Shown here one piece after another: positions 59,548 to 64,000 of a stretch of DNA of 64,000 nt. This DNA comes from an uncultured Rhodothermales bacterium (lineage in GTDB: Bacteria > Bacteroidota > Rhodothermia > Rhodothermales > JABDKH01). The DNA lies in assembly GCA_965367755.1 (NCBI GenBank), contig CBDUKH010000002.1, positions 21,471-85,470 on the forward strand. The letters run 5' to 3'. The notes below the pieces were generated by a model. That model saw only the letters and a list, made by a program, of their open reading frames with translations. It did no database searches and had not been told where the DNA came from. Positions within the stretch are counted from its first letter, which is position 1; each line of letters starts with the position of its first letter. The position numbers were made by a program, and so were the translations under genes.

Positions 59548-60374
59548 AATATCGGCCCGAAAAATATTGTGACCGTCGGTGTCGCGAAAAAGTGCTGCCG
59601 TTTTTTTATTGACTGCTCGAGCAATTGTATCCCTTTTACAAAGTAAGTAAAGGAGTATTCGATCCGAATACCAAGGACGCCTCGCTTGGAATAGCCAAAA
59701 TATGCGCCGGCCCCGAGCGCTCCGCCGGCTCCGACTCGCATCCGTCCCTCTGGCAAGGCGTCTAAAGATCCCAGTCTCCTCTCGCCTTCATCTTCATCGA
59801 TAACATCATCGCCATTGCAGTCGACTTCTATTTCAAAGATGCCGTTGTCATTGCAGTCTTCGAAGTATGGATATTCCCATCCGAGGGTGGGTCCGCCTGA
59901 CACCTGTATAAAGGGCCGGAAAGAGTCCTCAATTCTATTAGCAAAAATACGCATCTGACTTCCGGCAGAAATCGGCGCCATCAACAGGTAGTTTGCCTTT
60001 CCCGGAATTGTACGACGACCGAAGCGATCGAAGAAGGCCACTTCGCGTTCATCCTTACCTGTCGTGATCCTCACTTCACCAATGAATGTGAATCGAGTAT
60101 TCACCGAGTCGCGTAGATAGCCCCCGAGTCCGAATCCGCTGTTTGTCAAGACGAGTTCAAGCCCACCGGGCGATTGTTTCTCACGAGGATCCAGAGGGTC
60201 CTGCTGGGCGATTGCGGGAATGACCGTGACGATGGAAACAGCAAAAATTAGAGCACAGCGATATGTTAGTGTATAGATCGAGATAGTAACAGGGCCGAAG
60301 AATGCATTTAAAATCAAAACATTTCGTATTTCAGAAAGTTCTTTTGAAGCACTCTTCCCGAACAGGTAAACCAC
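59544..60374 (-). CDS. hypothetical outer-membrane beta-barrel-like protein with an acidic Ca-binding-like insert
   Basis: Signal peptide ending AIAQQ, an acidic DCNDNG...[14 protein letters not shown] stretch, and a C-terminal ...TIFFGPIF (terminal aromatic residue). The true start is probably internal (for example a TTG near 60320). Confidence 0.5.
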   Translation of the reverse strand: MVYLFGKSASKELSEIRNVLILNAFFGPVTISIYTLTYRCALIFAVSIVTVIPAIAQQDPLDPREKQSPGGLELVLTNSGFGLGGYLRDSVNTRFTFIGEVRITTGKDEREVAFFDRFGRRTIPGKANYLLMAPISAGSQMRIFANRIEDSFRPFIQVSGGPTLGWEYPYFEDCNDNGIFEIEVDCNGDDVIDEDEGERRLGSLDALPEGRMRVGAGGALGAGAYFGYSKRGVLGIRIEYSFTYFVKGIQLLEQSIKKRQHFFATPTVTIFFGPIF

Positions 60375-61187
60375 ATGTCTATCAAAGCGCTCGCGTCCAA
60401 TGTGAGTCTGTTAATTTTACTGGCCAGTTTCGCTGCATGCGAATCGCCTGATGGCGGGCAGGATACCCCTGTTGCGCGGCAAATTGAACTTACATCGGCT
60501 GCCGACTCACTCGCGATGCGCGTAATTGATGCCTTCGGTGGAATGGATACGTGGCAGCGTATTCCGTATATGCAATTTGACTTTGCAGCGCAGTCACCAA
60601 ATCGTAGTAGTCGACGCCGACATCTTTGGGATCGAAATACCGGCCGCTACCGCGTGGAGTATGCGATTAATCAAGATTCTTCTGCTGTTGTCTTATTTAA
60701 CGTTCATTCCAAAGAAGGGACGGCATACATAAACGGCAATCCTGTTGACGAAGAAACGTCATCGCAGATGGTTGCGAGAGCTCATCGATTGTTTATCAAT
60801 GATACGTACTGGTTGATGGCGCCCACAAAACTTTTCGACGATGGCGTGAATCGCTCGATCGAAGACACTACACTGGTCGACGCGCAGATGCTCGCGTTGT
60901 CGTTTGACTCTGTCGGATACACTCCTGGCGATCAGTACTGGTTAACAATTGACAATTCCACCGGTCGGGTCGCGAAATGGGAATACGAACTGGAAGGATC
61001 CAATGGCAACCGCGGGTCGTGGGTCTGGGAAGATTACCGCACATACGAAACGCCGGCGGGTGATGTAGTGATGGCGAATGCGAAGCGGTCCGGCGCGAGC
61101 GAGACCGTCATCATGACCGACAATATTGCTTTTCCTGCAGCGGTCGACGATGCCTATTTCACGGACGCCTCCCATCGAATCAACTAG
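60375..61187 (+). CDS. hypothetical lipoprotein
   Basis: Lipobox LLASFAAC. No recognised catalytic motif. Confidence 0.55.
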   Translation: MSIKALASNVSLLILLASFAACESPDGGQDTPVARQIELTSAADSLAMRVIDAFGGMDTWQRIPYMQFDFAAQSPNRSSRRRHLWDRNTGRYRVEYAINQDSSAVVLFNVHSKEGTAYINGNPVDEETSSQMVARAHRLFINDTYWLMAPTKLFDDGVNRSIEDTTLVDAQMLALSFDSVGYTPGDQYWLTIDNSTGRVAKWEYELEGSNGNRGSWVWEDYRTYETPAGDVVMANAKRSGASETVIMTDNIAFPAAVDDAYFTDASHRIN

Positions 61188-61196
61188 CTCGGCTTG

Positions 61197-62459
61197 ATGA
61201 ACATCAAAGCCCTCATTGCACAGCGATACCTGGTCAGTAGAAAACGGTTTTCGATGATAACCGTGATCACTGGAGTGTCTGTTTGTGGCGTTACGCTGGG
61301 GGTGGCAGCACTGATCGTCGTACTGTCGGTCATGAACGGGTTCTACGACTTTGTTCGCGAAATGCTTGTTACGATAGACCCCCACGTTCGCATCGAGGCG
61401 AGTACAAGTTCTGATGGATTGACAAATGTCGATTCACTGTTAACAGTCTTGCGAAGGAACCCTGACGTCGTGGGAATTGCCCCGGTCGTAGAAGGCAAGG
61501 CCCTGCTCCGCGGCGATGGCCAGCGCATCAACAAGGTCGTTATCGTAAAGGGTGTTGATGTCGAGCAGACTCGGACAGTGAGCGCTGTTGTAGAGCGTGT
61601 CGACTTTGGGGAATTCAATCTTGTGCGTGAAGAATCGACTCCGGGTGTCGTGATTGGCACATCCCTGGCAAGGAGGTTTGGATTGTTTCCAGGGGGTGGT
61701 GGAAGAGCAGCTGCAGCAGTATCGCTGGTTTCCTCCCAGGTCCTTGAACGGAGCCTCTCGACAGTCCTTGGTCCTCCACAGCTAAGCAGATTCGACGTTC
61801 GCGGGTTGTTCGAGCTGCAGTCGATTTATGATGAAAGCCACGTCTTTATCGATTTGAAGGAAGCGCAGCGCCTGTTTGGAATGGGAGATAGAGTAACGGC
61901 AATTGAACTCAGGCTTTCGGATATTCACAGAGCCGATCATGTCAAGACCGTCCTTCAAAATGAGCTAGGAGACGGACTTCGCATTGAGACGTGGTACGAC
62001 CAGCAGAAATCCCTCTACGATGTTATGAAACTGGAGAAGTGGGGGGCGTCGATAATACTGGGGCTCATTGTACTCGTTGCCGCTTTCAATATCGTTGGAT
62101 CGCTAACCATGGTCGTTATCGAGAAACGCCAAGACATCGGGATACTCCGGTCAATGGGGTTCACTCGTAAAGATGTACGCCAGGTGTTCCTGCTGGAGGG
62201 CCTGTTCATCGGTCTTCTTGGAGTTGCGTCAGGCCTGATCGTTGGGCTCGGGCTTGCACTGGGTCAGAAGTACTTTAAGTGGGTCCCCCTGGCCGAATCA
62301 GAGTCGTTCTTGATCGATGCCTACCCTATCGCAATCCGCTCTCTCGATGTCGTCGTGGTCGTCGTTCTCGCCGTTGTTGTATGTATGCTGGCTTCAATTT
62401 ATCCCGCCGTTCGTGCGGCCTCTGAGCAGCCGGCAGACGCAGTACGCGATATGGGTTGA
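61197..62459 (+). CDS. lolE: lipoprotein-releasing system permease LolC/LolE (FtsX-like ABC permease)
   Basis: ALIAQRYLVSRKRFSMITVITGVSVCGVTLGVAAL opening, a periplasmic MacB-like domain, and a C-terminal FtsX 3-TM bundle. TTG 61194 is an alternative start. Confidence 0.85.
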   Translation: MNIKALIAQRYLVSRKRFSMITVITGVSVCGVTLGVAALIVVLSVMNGFYDFVREMLVTIDPHVRIEASTSSDGLTNVDSLLTVLRRNPDVVGIAPVVEGKALLRGDGQRINKVVIVKGVDVEQTRTVSAVVERVDFGEFNLVREESTPGVVIGTSLARRFGLFPGGGGRAAAAVSLVSSQVLERSLSTVLGPPQLSRFDVRGLFELQSIYDESHVFIDLKEAQRLFGMGDRVTAIELRLSDIHRADHVKTVLQNELGDGLRIETWYDQQKSLYDVMKLEKWGASIILGLIVLVAAFNIVGSLTMVVIEKRQDIGILRSMGFTRKDVRQVFLLEGLFIGLLGVASGLIVGLGLALGQKYFKWVPLAESESFLIDAYPIAIRSLDVVVVVVLAVVVCMLASIYPAVRAASEQPADAVRDMG

Positions 62460-62782
62460 TGCCCGGCCGGTAAAACCAAATATTGGCGGACTCGCCTCCG
62501 ACGGGAAACATGGTCAGGGATAGATCATTCCTTTACGCCCTCCAAGATGGAAAGTGGGCCGAACATCACCGCCGCACGATTTCAGGCGCCTGAACGGTTG
62601 GATCGGAGAATCAGCTCCTCTGAAATCTCTCGAATGCAGTGGATTCACGGTTTATTAGAACCCAAATCCTTTCAATTCGGCTATGATGTTTTGTATATTT
62701 CTCGACTTTGGCCGATTCGCGGCCGAACGATGTTAGAAAAGACGGGAAATGCGCTCATGTGCTGCACCCTGACCAAAGGACG

Positions 62783-63019
62783 ATGGCAAGAAAAGACCAA
62801 ATAACGGGAAAAGGTCCGATGTCGGGCAATCACGTTTCCCATGCGCACAACAAGGCTAAGAGACGTTTTGAAGTCAATCTTCAAAAGAAGCGATTTTACG
62901 TTCCAGAAGAAGACCGTTGGGTGACGCTTCGTGTTTCGACACAGACCATAAAAACGATTAACAAGAAAGGCATTAAGGCTGTGCTGGACGACGCTAAAGC
63001 GCGTGGCATCAAACTTTAA
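62783..63019 (+). CDS. rpmB: 50S ribosomal protein L28
   Basis: [34 protein letters not shown]... The internal ATG of ORF 62708..63019 gives the canonical 78-aa protein. Confidence 0.92.
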   Translation: MARKDQITGKGPMSGNHVSHAHNKAKRRFEVNLQKKRFYVPEEDRWVTLRVSTQTIKTINKKGIKAVLDDAKARGIKL

Positions 63020-63034
63020 TGTAGGTAGAGACCA

Positions 63035-63205
63035 ATGGCGAAAGGAAAAGACACACGAATTCAGGTCATCCTGGAGTGCACAGAAGCACCCGGCACATCG
63101 CGCTATGCGACAAAAAAGAATCGGCGCAACTCGCCGGATCGACTTGAGCTAAAAAAGTATAACGCGAAATTGCGTAAGCACACCGTTCACCGCGAAATTA
63201 AGTAA
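63035..63205 (+). CDS. rpmG: 50S ribosomal protein L33
   Basis: Hand translation gives [56 protein letters not shown] (56 aa). It is below the ORF-track size cut-off. Confidence 0.9.
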   Translation: MAKGKDTRIQVILECTEAPGTSRYATKKNRRNSPDRLELKKYNAKLRKHTVHREIK

Positions 63206-63211
63206 ACTGAA

Positions 63212-63385
63212 ATGGCAAAGAAGCAATCATTTGGAGATAAGGTTCTCAGGCAGAAAGCCGAGGCCAAGAAAATGGCAAAGGTCATCGTTTCTACCAAGAA
63301 GGAAAATGGCCATTACAGCTTCCAGCAGCGCATGATTGAAGCGAGTGATGTTCGCTCGTTTGTTGCTGAATCCAAGAAGTCGTAA
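63212..63385 (+). CDS. DUF4295-family small basic protein
   Basis: Hand translation gives MAKKQSFGDKVLRQKAEAKKMAKVIVSTKKENGHYSFQQRMIEASDVRSFVAESKKS (57 aa). Position directly after rpmB-rpmG is typical for this family in Bacteroidota-like genomes. Confidence 0.7.
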   Translation: MAKKQSFGDKVLRQKAEAKKMAKVIVSTKKENGHYSFQQRMIEASDVRSFVAESKKS

Positions 63386-63398
63386 GTCCGATTTACTT

Positions 63399-63473
63399 CG
63401 GGGTGTAGCGTAGCCCGGTTAGCGCGTCTGCTTTGGGAGCAGAAGGTCGCAGGTTCGAATCCTGCCACCCCGA
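63399..63473 (+). tRNA. tRNA-Pro (anticodon TGG)
   Basis: Hand-folded cloverleaf: acceptor CGGGGTG/CACCCCG, anticodon arm TCTGC-TTTGGGA-GCAGA, T arm GCAGG-TTCGAAT-CCTGC. 75 nt, no encoded CCA. Confidence 0.9.
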
Positions 63474-63485
63474 CAGGTACTAGAG

Positions 63486-63560
<75 letters not shown>

Positions 63561-63601
63561 CGCTGAGCGTCGATCAGAGGAATCGTTTCGTTCGATGCAT
63601 C

Positions 63602-63672
63602 GGTGACGTGGCCGAGTGGTTAGGCAAAGGTCTGCAAAACCTTGTACGGCGGTTCGATTCCGCCCGTCACCT
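63602..63672 (+). tRNA. tRNA-Cys (anticodon GCA)
   Basis: Acceptor GGTGACG/CGTCACC, anticodon arm AAGGT-CTGCAAA-ACCTT, T arm GGCGG-TTCGATT-CCGCC. 71 nt. Confidence 0.88.
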
Positions 63673-64000
63673 CTTCATTTCTCCTCTCGGGGACCATTCC
63701 CCGTGCCTTTTGGCTACCCGCAATTCATTCTCGGTCGGTTTTAACCGCCTCACGCGAAGTCTATTGAAACCAAGATTTTCGGGCAGGTCCGCGCACACTC
63801 GGGCGGTAGATATAAAATGCTCGAATCTTCAATAAAGCGGTCAAATTCGCCAACCAGCCCCTTTAACCCGTACCGGTTTTCTGCCGATACCTTGTGCATA
63901 TGCCCATCGAATCCGGTGATATAATGAATTCTCAAGACGAAACAAGAAAAGACCTTATTGGACGCATTGAAGCTCTTGTAGAGGAGTCCTCCTCCCTCGT

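Noticed and set aside
63608-63835. 75-aa ORF beginning MAEWLGKGLQNLVRRFDSARH
   Set aside because: Its first about 65 nt are the tRNA-Cys(GCA) gene read as protein, so the ORF is spurious.

Overview
This 64-kb window looks like a chromosomal segment from an FCB-group bacterium (Rhodothermota/Balneolota/Bacteroidota-like). Supporting signs are a PorX-type REC-PglZ regulator, a cargo protein with a T9SS C-terminal sorting domain, and the rpmB-rpmG-DUF4295 triad. Further signs are a Tat-signal HiPIP and a Rho factor with a very large R/D/N/S-rich insertion. The starts I inspected (dnaA, ruvA, accC, rho, pgi, HiPIP) have no Shine-Dalgarno sequence. I support about 55 protein-coding genes, 3 tRNAs (Pro-TGG, Arg-TCT, Cys-GCA), two strong intrinsic terminators and a few candidate regulatory sites. 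I found no rRNA, CRISPR array, transposase, integrase, phage gene or recognisable defence system. Content is mostly housekeeping: dnaA, ruvA, accC, trmB, tsaE, folC, rho, recJ, moeA, pgi, comEC, nusB, ychF, lolC/E and ribosomal proteins. There is also a tightly overlapped ureide (urate-to-glyoxylate) operon at the left edge, plus several sensory modules: an ECF sigma with a Ser/Thr kinase, an orphan PAS-GAF histidine kinase, and a ToxR-like wHTH-TM-PD40 regulator. The least textbook part is a small convergent redox island at about 40.7-45.2 kb. It holds a Fer4/2xCDGSH protein with a membrane di-iron hydroxylase, facing a radical-SAM enzyme translationally coupled to an exported rhodanese, behind a roughly 380-nt leader. 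I cannot show that this island is a novel system. All functional calls rest on motifs recognised by eye in the supplied translations; no database search was run.
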